Notes under the pieces: generated by a model
The model's database searches: none
What the model was told of the DNA's origin: nothing
What the model saw: only the letters and a program-made list of their open reading frames with translations
NCBI GenBank assembly: GCA_017501245.1
Contig: JAFVXI010000030.1
Location: 7,821 to 71,820, forward strand
Length of the DNA stretch: 64,000 nucleotides
Direction of reading: 5' to 3'
Origin: Clostridia bacterium
GTDB taxonomy: Bacteria; Bacillota; Clostridia; Oscillospirales; CAG-272
Position numbers and translations under genes: made by a program
Shown: piece after piece, positions 1 to 9,888 of the stretch
How positions within the stretch are numbered: the first letter of the stretch is position 1
Layout of the letters: the number at the start of each line of letters is the position of its first letter

Positions 1-13
1 GCTTTGATGTGTT

Positions 14-2230
14 ATGATATCTGCCGATAGAAGCAAATTTTTGCCTGTTTCTGCCGCCGACGTCAAGGAGCGCGGCTGGAGCGAGGTAGACTTTATTTAC
101 GTGACGGGTGATGCCTACGTGGACCACCCGTCCTTTGGCGTTTCCATCATCTCAAGGGTGCTTGAGGCGGCGGGCTACCGTATTGCCATCCTCGCCCAGC
201 CAGATTATAAGTCGGCGGAGGCGTTCAAGCGCTTTGGCAGGCCTCGCCTCGGCTTCCTCGTCACGGCGGGAAACATCGACTCGATGGTGGCGCATTACAC
301 CGTATCAAAAAAACGCCGCACCTACGACTACTATTCCGCGGGCGGCAAAATGGGCGCAAGACCCGACCGCGCCGTCATCGTCTACTCAAATAGGATAAGG
401 GAGGCGTATGGCGACGTCCCGATCATCATAGGCGGACTTGAAGCGTCGCTTCGCCGCTTTGCGCATTACGACTACTGGGAGGACAGGGTGCGCCGTAGCG
501 TGCTTGTCGATTCGAGGGCGGATCTCCTCTCCTACGGTATGGGTGAGAGCTCGCTACTTCGCATCGCCGAGCTGCTCGACCGAGGCGTCCCCGTAAAGAA
601 GATCAGAGACGTCAGAGGCACCGTCTGGCTCGGCAAGGTTGGTGACGCCGTGCATTACGACTCTATCGAGGTCGGCGACTTCGACACCCTCAAGGAGGAC
701 AAGCGTGCCTACGCCCGTGCCTTCGCAATACAGTATAAAAACACCGACTCCGTCAAGGGGAAGGCTGTCGTCGAGTATTACGGCGATAAGATGCTGGTCG
801 AAAATCCGCCGATGCCTCCCCTCAGTCGCGAGGAGCTTGACAGAGTTTATTCGCTCCCCTACGCCAGAGATTTTCACCCCGACTATATCGCCGAGGGCGG
901 CGTGCCCTCTATCACGGAGGTCAAGTTCTCTATCACGCACAACAGGGGCTGCTTCGGCGCATGCAACTTCTGCGCCATCGCCTTCCACCAGGGGCGCCAG
1001 GTGCGCTCGAGGTCCGAGGAGAGTGTCTTAAGGGAGGCGGAGCTGATCGCCAAAATGCCTGACTTCAAGGGCTATATAAACGACGTCGGAGGCCCTACGG
1101 CAAACTTCCGTTATCCCTCCTGCACCGAGCAGGAGAAGTGCGGCGTCTGCCCGAACAAAAAGTGCCTTGCCCCCACCCCGTGTAAGAATTTGAAGGTAGA
1201 TCACACCGAATACGCCGAGCTCTTACGCAAGATAGAAGAGATCGACGGCATCAAAAAGGTGTTTGTCAGATCGGGCATCCGCTTCGACTATCTCATCCTC
1301 GACGAGGACGACACCTTCTTCCGTCAGCTCGTCACGCATCACGTATCGGGTCAGCTGAAGGTTGCACCCGAGCATTGTGCGCTCTCGGCGCTTAATATGA
1401 TGGGCAAGCCGCCTATCGAGGTCTTTGAAAAATTCAAAAGGAAGTTCTTTGAGATCAGCCGTGAGGCAGGGCTCGAGCAGTATCTCGTCCCCTATCTTAT
1501 GTCGAGCCACCCCGGCACGACGATGAGAGACGCCGTGGATATGGCTCTCTGGCTCAAGGAGTGGGGCTATTCGCCCGAGCAGGTGCAGGATTTCTATCCC
1601 ACGCCCGGCACGATCTCTACCGTTATGTACTACACGGGCATCAACCCCATGACGGGCAAAAACGTCTACGTCGCAACCGACTATCATGAAAAGCAGCTCC
1701 AGAGGGCTCTTTTGCAGTTCTCAAAGCCCGAAAACGCAAATCTCGTCAGAGAGGCTCTGCGCCTCGCAGGCAGGGAGGATCTTATAGGAAACGGACCCTC
1801 TTGCCTCGTTCGTCCCGACCGCCAGGGCTCGGGTGCCTACGTCCCCAAGGGCGGCAAAAAGCCTAAGGATCAGAGGGGCGCAAAGCATGGCGGAGGCGCC
1901 TCGCAGGGCATAGGCCGCTCTCATAGATCGGATAACGGTCAGGGCGGCACACGAGGTCGCGCAGGCTCCCATCAAGGCTCGTCCTATGGGCATGGAGGCT
2001 CGTCTCACGGCTCTCACACCGGCAATATGTCAACTAATGTTGGCAAGGGAAGCTCAAAAAGAGGCTCGGGAAAGCACGCCTCCTCCGAAAAGGAAAAATT
2101 CTATCAGCCCTTCGTCGATGCCAAAAAGCCTAAAAAAACAAAGCTCGAGCGCATCTTCGGCGACGAGGCAACTAAGATCAGGCTGGAGGCGGCACGCCTG
2201 TCCGATAAGGAAAAGCGCAAGAAGAAATAG
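14..2230 (+). CDS. YgiQ/UPF0313-family radical SAM protein with Gly/Ser/His/Lys-rich C-terminal tail
   Basis: N-terminal GDAYVDHPSFG motif, radical SAM CxxxCxxC (CFGACNFC), QVQDFYPTP motif typical of YgiQ. Confidence 0.9.
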   Translation: MISADRSKFLPVSAADVKERGWSEVDFIYVTGDAYVDHPSFGVSIISRVLEAAGYRIAILAQPDYKSAEAFKRFGRPRLGFLVTAGNIDSMVAHYTVSKKRRTYDYYSAGGKMGARPDRAVIVYSNRIREAYGDVPIIIGGLEASLRRFAHYDYWEDRVRRSVLVDSRADLLSYGMGESSLLRIAELLDRGVPVKKIRDVRGTVWLGKVGDAVHYDSIEVGDFDTLKEDKRAYARAFAIQYKNTDSVKGKAVVEYYGDKMLVENPPMPPLSREELDRVYSLPYARDFHPDYIAEGGVPSITEVKFSITHNRGCFGACNFCAIAFHQGRQVRSRSEESVLREAELIAKMPDFKGYINDVGGPTANFRYPSCTEQEKCGVCPNKKCLAPTPCKNLKVDHTEYAELLRKIEEIDGIKKVFVRSGIRFDYLILDEDDTFFRQLVTHHVSGQLKVAPEHCALSALNMMGKPPIEVFEKFKRKFFEISREAGLEQYLVPYLMSSHPGTTMRDAVDMALWLKEWGYSPEQVQDFYPTPGTISTVMYYTGINPMTGKNVYVATDYHEKQLQRALLQFSKPENANLVREALRLAGREDLIGNGPSCLVRPDRQGSGAYVPKGGKKPKDQRGAKHGGGASQGIGRSHRSDNGQGGTRGRAGSHQGSSYGHGGSSHGSHTGNMSTNVGKGSSKRGSGKHASSEKEKFYQPFVDAKKPKKTKLERIFGDEATKIRLEAARLSDKEKRKKK

Positions 2231-2395
2231 CGCCATACGCACATTCTTCACGCCATAATAGTAAATACGGAAGAAAGGGTAGCACCTCGCACTTCGGGCG
2301 CACAGCTATACGCTCTAAGCTCCTTTCGCGGGATGAAGTCGATGTTATGCTTTATCCGATATTTGCTTTTCAACGTGGTATAATATAGCGTTTGC

Positions 2396-2527
2396 TTATC
2401 AGATCCGTGCTGATCATAGATCGCAGAGAGCATTGTTTATTATCAGATCCGTGCTGATCATAGATCACAGAGAGCATTGTATATTATCAGATCCGTGCTG
2501 GTCATAGATCACAGAGAGCATTGTATA
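2396..2527. repeat. Tandem repeat, 3 x 44 bp
   Basis: Unit TTATCAGATCCGTGCTGATCATAGATCRCAGAGAGCATTGTWTA starts at 2396, 2440, 2484. Confidence 0.95.
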
Positions 2528-2539
2528 AAAAAAGTAATG

Positions 2540-2750
2540 AGCCGCCGCTATCGCCTTAACCGCGTCGGAGCATAGCCGCTGCTATCGCCTTAACCGCGTC
2601 GGAGCATAGCCGCTGCTATCGCCTTAACCACGTCGGCATAGCCGCCGCTATCGCCTTAACTGCATCGGAGCATAGCCGCCGCTATCGCCTTGATCACGTC
2701 GGCACATAGCCGCCGCTATCGCCTTGACCACGTCGGCACATAGCCGCCGC
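2540..2750. repeat. Tandem repeat, about 6 x 34 bp
   Basis: Unit AGCCGCYGCTATCGCCTTRACYRCGTCGG(AG/CA)CAT starts at 2540, 2574, 2608, 2640, 2674, 2708, partial at 2742. Confidence 0.95.
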
Positions 2751-3012
2751 ACTTTTATGCATCCGTTTTATGGATCTGTACTTGTCAATCCATAAATTTT
2801 CACGAAAAAATAGCCCGAAATTCGTTATTTGTGTCAATTGACACGCCGAAAATTCGTACTTGCTACGAACCTCTCGGACAAGATAATCGAGGGCAGAAGA
2901 GGCTTGTCAATATTTCACGCGAAAGGCTGATTTTTCCCCCGTAATGCGGAAATTACGGAAAAGTGTATTTTTCTCATCTCGGCTCGCAGAATAGCGAAAA
3001 ACCGCCGCAAAA

Positions 3013-3119
3013 TGTTGAAAACTTGTCGATTTGAGTATCCGATATCCGAAAATCCTTGCTAAATCGCCCTTTTTCGACTCGGAGTTTTCAACATTTTCAA
3101 CATTTTGAAATGTGGAAAA
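3013..3119. promoter_or_regulatory. Cluster of DnaA-box-like 9-mers
   Basis: TGTTGAAAA 3013-3021, TTTTCAACA 3085-3093 and 3094-3102, TGTGGAAAA 3111-3119; 1-2 mismatches to TTATCCACA, in AT-rich intergenic DNA. Confidence 0.45.
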
Positions 3120-3289
3120 CCTAAAACAGCTGAAAATTCCCACCTGCATAAAAACGGAAATAAGGCATATTTGAGTGCATAAAAGCTTCCCTGACGTTTT
3201 TCCTCATTTACAGATTTTTTGACAAGGCTTGAAAATTGAATTACTAAGAATTACGAAAACCGCCCACAAGGGCGAAAGGAATATCACAG

Positions 3290-5779
3290 ATGCCATATAC
3301 TGAGACAGAAAAGGAATTTCTAGAAATAAAAAGAAGACTCTTTGACAAGGTCTACGGAAAGCTGCTCAACCCCGAGCAGCGCAGAGCCGTTTTCACCACT
3401 AAGGGTCCGGTTCTCGTGCTTGCGGGCGCAGGCTCGGGCAAGACGACCGTCCTCGTCAACAGGATAGTATATCTGATCAAGTATGGCGACGCATATTACA
3501 CAGATCATATACCCGAGGGCGTGGATGCAGACACGGTCAGCGCCCTCAGATTTGCCGAGAGTATGACCGAGGAGGAGATAGACTCCATCCTCCCTCAGTT
3601 TATCCACGAGCCGACGCCCCCATGGTCAATCCTCGCCTTCACCTTCACTAACAAGGCGGCGGGTGAGATCAAGGATAGGCTGCTCGCTCGCTTCGGCGAT
3701 AAGGAGCTGGCAAACTCCATCTGGGCAGGCACCTTCCATTCGATCTGCTTACGCATCTTACGCAAGTATGCCGACAGGCTCGGCTACCGCGAGGGCTTCT
3801 CTATCTACGACGCCGACGACGCAAAGAGGATGATAACCCTATGCATGAGAGAGCTTGAGATAGATGAAAAGCGCCTGGCGCCCAAGGCCGTCGCTAACCT
3901 CATCAGCCGTGCCAAGGATCAGCTGCTCGAGCCGGAGGACTACGAGGTCACGTTTGATCCCCGCACGCGCGACGTACGTGAGATATATAAATTATATAAG
4001 AAGAAAATGCTCGAGTACAACGCCGTTGACTTCGATGATATTATTATGAGAACCGTCCAGCTCCTCGAGGAGCATCCCGACGTTAGAGAGTATTATCAGC
4101 GTAAGTTCAAGTACGTGCTTGTCGACGAGTATCAGGACACGAACCACGCTCAGTTCGTCCTCACGAAGCTACTCTCCGGCGGATATAGAAATATCATGGT
4201 CGTCGGCGACGACGATCAGTCCATCTACCGCTTTCGTGGAGCAACCATCGAAAACATCCTCGACTTTGACAAGACCTACCCCGACGCAACGGTAGTAAAG
4301 CTTGAGCAGAACTACCGCTCCACCTCAAATATTCTCGGCGCCGCAAACGCCATAATCAAAAACAACGATGAGCGCCATGACAAGATGCTCTGGTGCGAGA
4401 GGGGCGAGGGAGAGAGGATAACGGTCAAGGAAGCGTATAACCAGGAGGACGAGGGAAAGTATATAGTTTCAGAGATAGTGGGCGCTGTATATAAACAAAA
4501 GCGTACATATTCTGACTTTGCGGTTCTTTACAGGCTAAACGCCCTTGGCAGAACGCTCCAGACTGCGTTTGCAAAAAGCGGCGTGCCCTTCAGGGTCGTC
4601 GGCGACCTCGGCTTCTATGAGCGCAAGGAGATAAAGGATATGCTCGCATATCTCTCGGTTGCCGCCTCCTCGGGCGATAACCTGCGCTTGAAGAGGATCA
4701 TTAACGAGCCGAAAAGAAAGATAGGAAACGCAACGGTCGAGGCTGTCGAGCAGCTCGCCGAGATGAACGGGCTGTCGATGTTCTCGCTCCTTGAGCGTGT
4801 TACGGAGTACCCCGTGTTAAGTAAAAGCTTTGATAAGCTCTCGGAGTTTGCCGCTATGATAAACGGCTGTAAGGAGCGCTCGACGCTCCCCTCGGCTCTC
4901 ATCGAGGATCTCTTCCTGTCCTCGGGATATAAGGCTATGCTCGAGGCTGAGGGCTTTGAGGGCGAGGGAAAGATCGAGAACGTCGAGGAGCTTATCTCCG
5001 CCGCTGTCGAATATGAGAAAAAATGCTCCGAGTCCGAGATTGAGCCCACGGTCGGCGGCTTCCTTGAGGAGGTTGCGCTGATCACCTCGGTTGATAAATA
5101 TGATGAAAACGCCGACGCCGTCGTGCTTATGACGGTGCATGCGGCAAAGGGACTTGAGTTCCCCGTGGTGTTCCTCGCCGGTATGGAGGATGGAATATTT
5201 CCCTCCGAGTCGGACAGAAACGACAAAGCCGAAATGAACGAGGAGCGCCGCCTCGCCTACGTTGCGATAACGAGGGCAAAGGACAAGCTCTATATCAGCT
5301 ACGCAAAGCAGCGTATGATGTATGGCAGAACCATCTACGGAAACCTCTCGATGTTCATCCGTGAGGAGGTGCCCGAGGAGTTCCTCGTGCGTGACCTGCC
5401 TAAGCGCATACCCCCCAAGGCTCCCTACGGACAGCCCTATAATTCGACACGGGGCGGCACTTATGGCTCTCGCAGCTACGGAGAGGACGGCTTTTCGACC
5501 TATGGCGGCTCGTCCGAGATGCGCCGCTCGGTAAGAATAAACAACACGCCTACGGCACCCGCAAGGCAGGCGGCAACCGGCGGCGCCACACGAGGCGCTG
5601 AATCCTTCGGAGTAAAGAAGCTTGCTGTCGGCGCAAGGGTAAAGCACGCAGCATTCGGCGAGGGAGAGATAGTTTCCTCCCGTGATATGGGCGGCGACGT
5701 CCTCTACGAGGTGCGCTTTGACACGGGAGTAACCAAAAAGCTTATGGCAACCTACGCCAAGCTTGAAAAGCTCTCGTAA
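3290..5779 (+). CDS. pcrA: ATP-dependent DNA helicase PcrA/UvrD
   Basis: AGAGSGKT Walker A, VDEYQD, GDDDQSIY, LEQNYRS, TVHAAKGLEF, EERRLAYVAITRA, C-terminal Tudor-like domain. Confidence 0.95.
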   Translation: MPYTETEKEFLEIKRRLFDKVYGKLLNPEQRRAVFTTKGPVLVLAGAGSGKTTVLVNRIVYLIKYGDAYYTDHIPEGVDADTVSALRFAESMTEEEIDSILPQFIHEPTPPWSILAFTFTNKAAGEIKDRLLARFGDKELANSIWAGTFHSICLRILRKYADRLGYREGFSIYDADDAKRMITLCMRELEIDEKRLAPKAVANLISRAKDQLLEPEDYEVTFDPRTRDVREIYKLYKKKMLEYNAVDFDDIIMRTVQLLEEHPDVREYYQRKFKYVLVDEYQDTNHAQFVLTKLLSGGYRNIMVVGDDDQSIYRFRGATIENILDFDKTYPDATVVKLEQNYRSTSNILGAANAIIKNNDERHDKMLWCERGEGERITVKEAYNQEDEGKYIVSEIVGAVYKQKRTYSDFAVLYRLNALGRTLQTAFAKSGVPFRVVGDLGFYERKEIKDMLAYLSVAASSGDNLRLKRIINEPKRKIGNATVEAVEQLAEMNGLSMFSLLERVTEYPVLSKSFDKLSEFAAMINGCKERSTLPSALIEDLFLSSGYKAMLEAEGFEGEGKIENVEELISAAVEYEKKCSESEIEPTVGGFLEEVALITSVDKYDENADAVVLMTVHAAKGLEFPVVFLAGMEDGIFPSESDRNDKAEMNEERRLAYVAITRAKDKLYISYAKQRMMYGRTIYGNLSMFIREEVPEEFLVRDLPKRIPPKAPYGQPYNSTRGGTYGSRSYGEDGFSTYGGSSEMRRSVRINNTPTAPARQAATGGATRGAESFGVKKLAVGARVKHAAFGEGEIVSSRDMGGDVLYEVRFDTGVTKKLMATYAKLEKLS

Positions 5780-5930
5780 GTAATTTATGGTGCGGGTGTC
5801 TGCGTCGGTAATATACTGCGCATCCTTAAATCTAGTTTGTATTAATTTCGTTTTGCCTGATATTTGACAACTATTATTGTCATATTTTGGGTTTTGAGCT
5901 TCAAAAGAGCTGATATTTACAGGAGAAAAA

Positions 5931-6590
5931 ATGAGCAAGTGCGTTATCTTTGATCTTGATGGCACGATACTTGACACTATCACGACCATCACCTATTACG
6001 TAAATAAGACCTTGACGGGCGAGGGCATTCCTACCGTCACGGTGGATGAATGCAAGTACTTTGCCGGAAACGGAGCCGGGCTGCTTATCGAGCGTGCGCT
6101 AGCATCGAAGGGTATAACCGACGAGGCGGAGATAGAGAGGATCCTTGTCATCTATAAAAAGAACTACGATGACGCCCCCCTCTACCTCACCGAGCCCTTT
6201 GCCGGAATTAAGGAGATGCTCGCAAAGCTGAGAGAAGCAGGCTTAAAGCTTGCCGTCGTTTCTAACAAGCCGCATTCCGCATCGCTTCCTATCGTCAAGC
6301 ATTTCTTTGGTGATGCCTTTGATGCTGTTTCGGGTGCTATCGACGGTCTGCCCATCAAGCCCGACCCCACCATACCGGGGAGGATACTCTCCGAGCTTGA
6401 TATCCCTGCTGATCGCTCAATCTTCGTCGGCGACACCTACGTCGATATGGAAACCGGCAAGAACCTCGGCTCGTCGAAGGTCATCGGCGTACTCTGGGGC
6501 TTCAGACCGAGGGAGGAGCTGATCGGCGCAGGAGCTGACGCCACCGTAACTACGGCTGACGAGCTGTATGCCGAGATCCTGAAGGCGTGA
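5931..6590 (+). CDS. HAD-family hydrolase (phosphoglycolate phosphatase-like)
   Basis: FDLDGTILDT motif I, VVSNK, KPDP, VGDTYVD. Confidence 0.9.
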   Translation: MSKCVIFDLDGTILDTITTITYYVNKTLTGEGIPTVTVDECKYFAGNGAGLLIERALASKGITDEAEIERILVIYKKNYDDAPLYLTEPFAGIKEMLAKLREAGLKLAVVSNKPHSASLPIVKHFFGDAFDAVSGAIDGLPIKPDPTIPGRILSELDIPADRSIFVGDTYVDMETGKNLGSSKVIGVLWGFRPREELIGAGADATVTTADELYAEILKA

Positions 6591-7093
6591 TGAAAAGATC
6601 TGTCGCTCTCCTTCTTGTTATTCTTATTTCGTCGCTTGCGCTCTTTAGCTGCGCACCCTTGGAGCGTGGTTATCTTGAGGTAAAGCTCGACCTCCCCGAC
6701 AGCTTTCGCACTCACGATTCGGGCGGCACCTACGACGCCTCCTACACCGACGGGCGTATGATCGTCGGCGTGCTTCGCCTCTCCTTTGACGCTATGGAAA
6801 ACGAGGGCATCCCCGCAACGATGACACCCTTAAGATTTGCTGAATATTATAAGGATCACTTTGTAAATAGCCTTGACCCCACTGAGGTACGGGAGGAGGG
6901 CGACGTTCCCTATCTCTCTTATTCCTCTGGCGACGGCTTCTCCTATCTTGCCACGTTTTATTTCTCCCCCTATGCCTATTTCGTCGTCACCTACGTCGCG
7001 AGGGATGAATATTTTGAGGCCCTTAAGCCGATCATGCTGTCCTACGCCTCTCTTGTGACCGTCGATCCCTATATAATCGATAGGGCAGAGTAA
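6587..7093 (+). CDS. Putative lipoprotein, unknown function
   Basis: Basic N-terminus, hydrophobic stretch, LFSC lipobox; start overlaps the upstream stop. Confidence 0.7.
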   Translation: MMKRSVALLLVILISSLALFSCAPLERGYLEVKLDLPDSFRTHDSGGTYDASYTDGRMIVGVLRLSFDAMENEGIPATMTPLRFAEYYKDHFVNSLDPTEVREEGDVPYLSYSSGDGFSYLATFYFSPYAYFVVTYVARDEYFEALKPIMLSYASLVTVDPYIIDRAE

Positions 7094-7348
7094 AATCCTT
7101 CATAAAGTATAACAAAATAAAGATTTAGAACCGTTATGACCCCTAAATAATGGTTCTTTTTCTTTTTTGTCAGGCAGATATAGCAAGCGCGGCATATCCT
7201 GCCCTTATTCAAGCTGATCTCCTGCTCACTTACTCTTCGTGTGACCTTAATCCATGCTTTTGTTTCTTTGCTCGATATACGCAATATTGCTGTTTTCTAT
7301 AACAAAACAAAGATCTGCTCCCGTCATGGTGCATCAAAAATATAAGAA

Positions 7349-7388
7349 AAAAGGCGAGGAGCTTTTAAGACTCCTCGCCCTTATTTCT
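7349..7388. terminator. Intrinsic terminator (likely bidirectional)
   Basis: AAAA-GGCGAGGAG...CTCCTCGCC-CTTATTT between convergent genes. Confidence 0.75.
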
Positions 7389-7444
7389 TGATAAGCTGCT
7401 ATTAGTTATGAGTTGTGCTAATCGATTTTGAGTTTTATCGCAAA

Positions 7445-8188
7445 TTAAACGAGATCAACGGGGTAAACGATCTTGAGCTGGTTGATCTTAGACTCGTATG
7501 CCTTTCTGCGCTTCTCGCCGAGGAGCATCTCTTTCAGCTGATCCTTGATCTCTGCTAAGGGAGCGATCCTTGCGTCCTCCTTGGAGTTGAGCTTGATTAC
7601 GTGATAGCCGAACTGAGTCTTTACGGGCTCCTCGCTAAGCTCACCGACCTCCATAGAAAATACAGCCTGATCAAACTCGGGCACCATCTGACCCTGACCG
7701 AAGTCACCGAGGTTTCCGCCGTTTTCCTTAGAGGGGCAGGAGGAATGCTCAATAGCCGCATCCTCAAAGCTGATCTCGCCTGCCTTGATCTTTGCGATGA
7801 GCTCCTTTGCAAGCTCCTCGGAGTCTACGAGGATGTGGCTTGCGTTTACGGTCTTCTCGCCCTTGAACTTCTCCTTGTTCTCCTCGTAGTAATCCTCTAC
7901 CTCCTTGTCGGAGATAGTTACGCCGCTGATAACCTTGTTGCCTGCGTAGCTGATGAGGAGGTTCTCCTTGAGCTTTGCAAGCTCCTCACGGAATGCTGCT
8001 TCGCCCTCGAGGAGGTTTCTTTTTGCATCCTGGAGCAAGAGCTTGTTGCCGATGAGCTGCTCAAGGATGATCTTTCTTCCCTCGGGATTGTTGTAGGCTG
8101 CGCCGCGCTGACCGAGTCCCTGGAGAAATGCGTCTACCTCCGCCTCGGTGACTGTGAGGGCGCCAACCCTTGCTAAAATCTTGTCCAT
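7445..8188 (-). CDS. Parvulin/PpiC-type peptidyl-prolyl isomerase
   Basis: ASHILV, SCPSKENGGNLG, GQMVPEFD, PVKTQFGYHVI. Confidence 0.92.
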   Translation of the reverse strand: MDKILARVGALTVTEAEVDAFLQGLGQRGAAYNNPEGRKIILEQLIGNKLLLQDAKRNLLEGEAAFREELAKLKENLLISYAGNKVISGVTISDKEVEDYYEENKEKFKGEKTVNASHILVDSEELAKELIAKIKAGEISFEDAAIEHSSCPSKENGGNLGDFGQGQMVPEFDQAVFSMEVGELSEEPVKTQFGYHVIKLNSKEDARIAPLAEIKDQLKEMLLGEKRRKAYESKINQLKIVYPVDLV

Positions 8189-8259
8189 TTTTTTTGTGTC
8201 CTCTTTCTATTTTTATTATTAATTATTTTCTGTTTGTTACACCTTTTTTTCGGTTAGGT

Positions 8260-9621
8260 TCAGCTATTTCTCAGTCCTTTAGGATAGTGGTTTTTTATCC
8301 TTCCGCCGGAGATCTTTCCTCCGCCGACAGTCGCTCCGAGATAGGAAACGGCGCACCATCCGCTCTCATTGATGGTTGCTTCTATCTCCTCGCCTCTCAG
8401 ATATCTCTCGCATCTTCCGTCCCCTGCGTTAAGCTCCTCGATGCGCTTAAAATGACACCCGTATGCCGAAAACAGCTGATGATGAGGGTAGAGAATACCC
8501 TTTCTGATCTCTCCGACCAGAACCCCCGCCATAAACACCGAGTGCGGCGGTATCGGGACGTCATGTCCTACGTGGACGATGTTCTCCCCGACCTTGACCG
8601 TTCTGCCGCAGGGCATCTCTTTTAGATTATCACGGAAGAAGCCGTCGACTATGCGTTTTTCCTCCCTTGATAGAGGTTTTGCGCTGTCTTTGTAAATTAA
8701 AGTTGGCAAATCGGCGTCATCTTCAGCCTTTTTAAATAATGCTATGAACTGTCCCTCGCCATCCGTCATGTGCGGATAGCAGCGCCTCGTCAGCCTCAGT
8801 GTCTCCTCGCCGTCTATCACTATTCCGTCGCTTGTTGCCGCCCTCAGCTCCTCCCTTACGGGTATGAGGGTCATATCGGGGTGGCTCTTCATCAGGGCGA
8901 GGCAGACCTCCTCGTTCTCCTCCATAGACCAAGTGCAGGTCGAATAGAGCAGCTTACCCCCGGGGCGTGTTAAGTTATATGCGTTTTCTATGATCTCGAG
9001 CTGCCTTTCTTTGCATAGTGCGGGGCTCTCGGGAGTCCATTCCTCTCTTGCTTCCTCACTCTTGCGGAACATTCCTTCGCCCGAGCAGGGCGCATCCACG
9101 ATCACGAGGTCAAAATAGGGGCCGAAAAGCTTAGCTATCTCACCTGTGTCCATAGAGGTGACCATGGCTCTTTTTGCTCCGAGCCTCTCCAGGTTTCCGA
9201 CCAGGATCTTTGCCCTCTTAGGCACGAATTCGTTAGACAGAAGGAAGCCGCCCTCGCCGAGCCTCTCTGCAGCCTGCGAGGATTTGCCGCCGGGTGCGGC
9301 ACATAGGTCGGCGACTCTGTGGTCGGGCTCGATCTCGGTGGCAGCGAGCGCCGCCATAGCTCCCGGGTCCTGCATATAGATCATGCCTGCGTGATGCTCG
9401 GGGCTCCTTCCGATCTGCCCCTCGCCCTCGAGGATATATCCGTTTTCTACGTAGGGAATAGGCTCCGCACGGTAGCCCTCGGGCAGGTGTATTTCTGTCG
9501 CCTTCATCAGGTTGAGCCTTGCGCCTCTCACGGGCGGTGCGTCCTCGAGCGCTCTGATAAAAGCGTCGTATTCATCGCCGAGCATAGTCTTCATCCTCGC
9601 CTTGAATTCTTCTTTTATCAT
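8260..9621 (-). CDS. rsmF: RsmF/RsmB/NOP2-family rRNA m5C methyltransferase
   Basis: DLCAAPGGKS, VDAPCSGEGMFRK, YSTCT, C-terminal KNHYPKGLR. Confidence 0.88.
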   Translation of the reverse strand: MIKEEFKARMKTMLGDEYDAFIRALEDAPPVRGARLNLMKATEIHLPEGYRAEPIPYVENGYILEGEGQIGRSPEHHAGMIYMQDPGAMAALAATEIEPDHRVADLCAAPGGKSSQAAERLGEGGFLLSNEFVPKRAKILVGNLERLGAKRAMVTSMDTGEIAKLFGPYFDLVIVDAPCSGEGMFRKSEEAREEWTPESPALCKERQLEIIENAYNLTRPGGKLLYSTCTWSMEENEEVCLALMKSHPDMTLIPVREELRAATSDGIVIDGEETLRLTRRCYPHMTDGEGQFIALFKKAEDDADLPTLIYKDSAKPLSREEKRIVDGFFRDNLKEMPCGRTVKVGENIVHVGHDVPIPPHSVFMAGVLVGEIRKGILYPHHQLFSAYGCHFKRIEELNAGDGRCERYLRGEEIEATINESGWCAVSYLGATVGGGKISGGRIKNHYPKGLRNS

Positions 9622-9888
9622 AGCCTCACCTCCCCGGCTTCCGTCGTTTTTTTAGCGAATGATCTACTCATCCGCCACTAATTTATTATACAGGATAGAC
9701 GCTCTAAAGTCAATTATATTTTTATAGCAGGAATAAATATCGGAGGGCGGTGGCAGTTCCTAAAAATACAAAAAGGCGATAAGCCAAAACAAAAAGCCCC
9801 GAAGCCTTGATAAACCGGGCCGAATATGCTACAATATCCTTGTATAGATAAAGGGTGTGCCAGGCACACCCTCCTTCGGAGGAAAAAT

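Noticed and set aside
2396-2750. CRISPR array (also considered for 27210-27403 and 16381-16560)
   Set aside because: No unique spacers between repeats, units too short or purely tandem, and no cas genes in the window
9826-9888. Upstream ORF-track starts (also 13128, 28464, 41528, 44951)
   Set aside because: Downstream ATGs have SD motifs and match the family N-termini better
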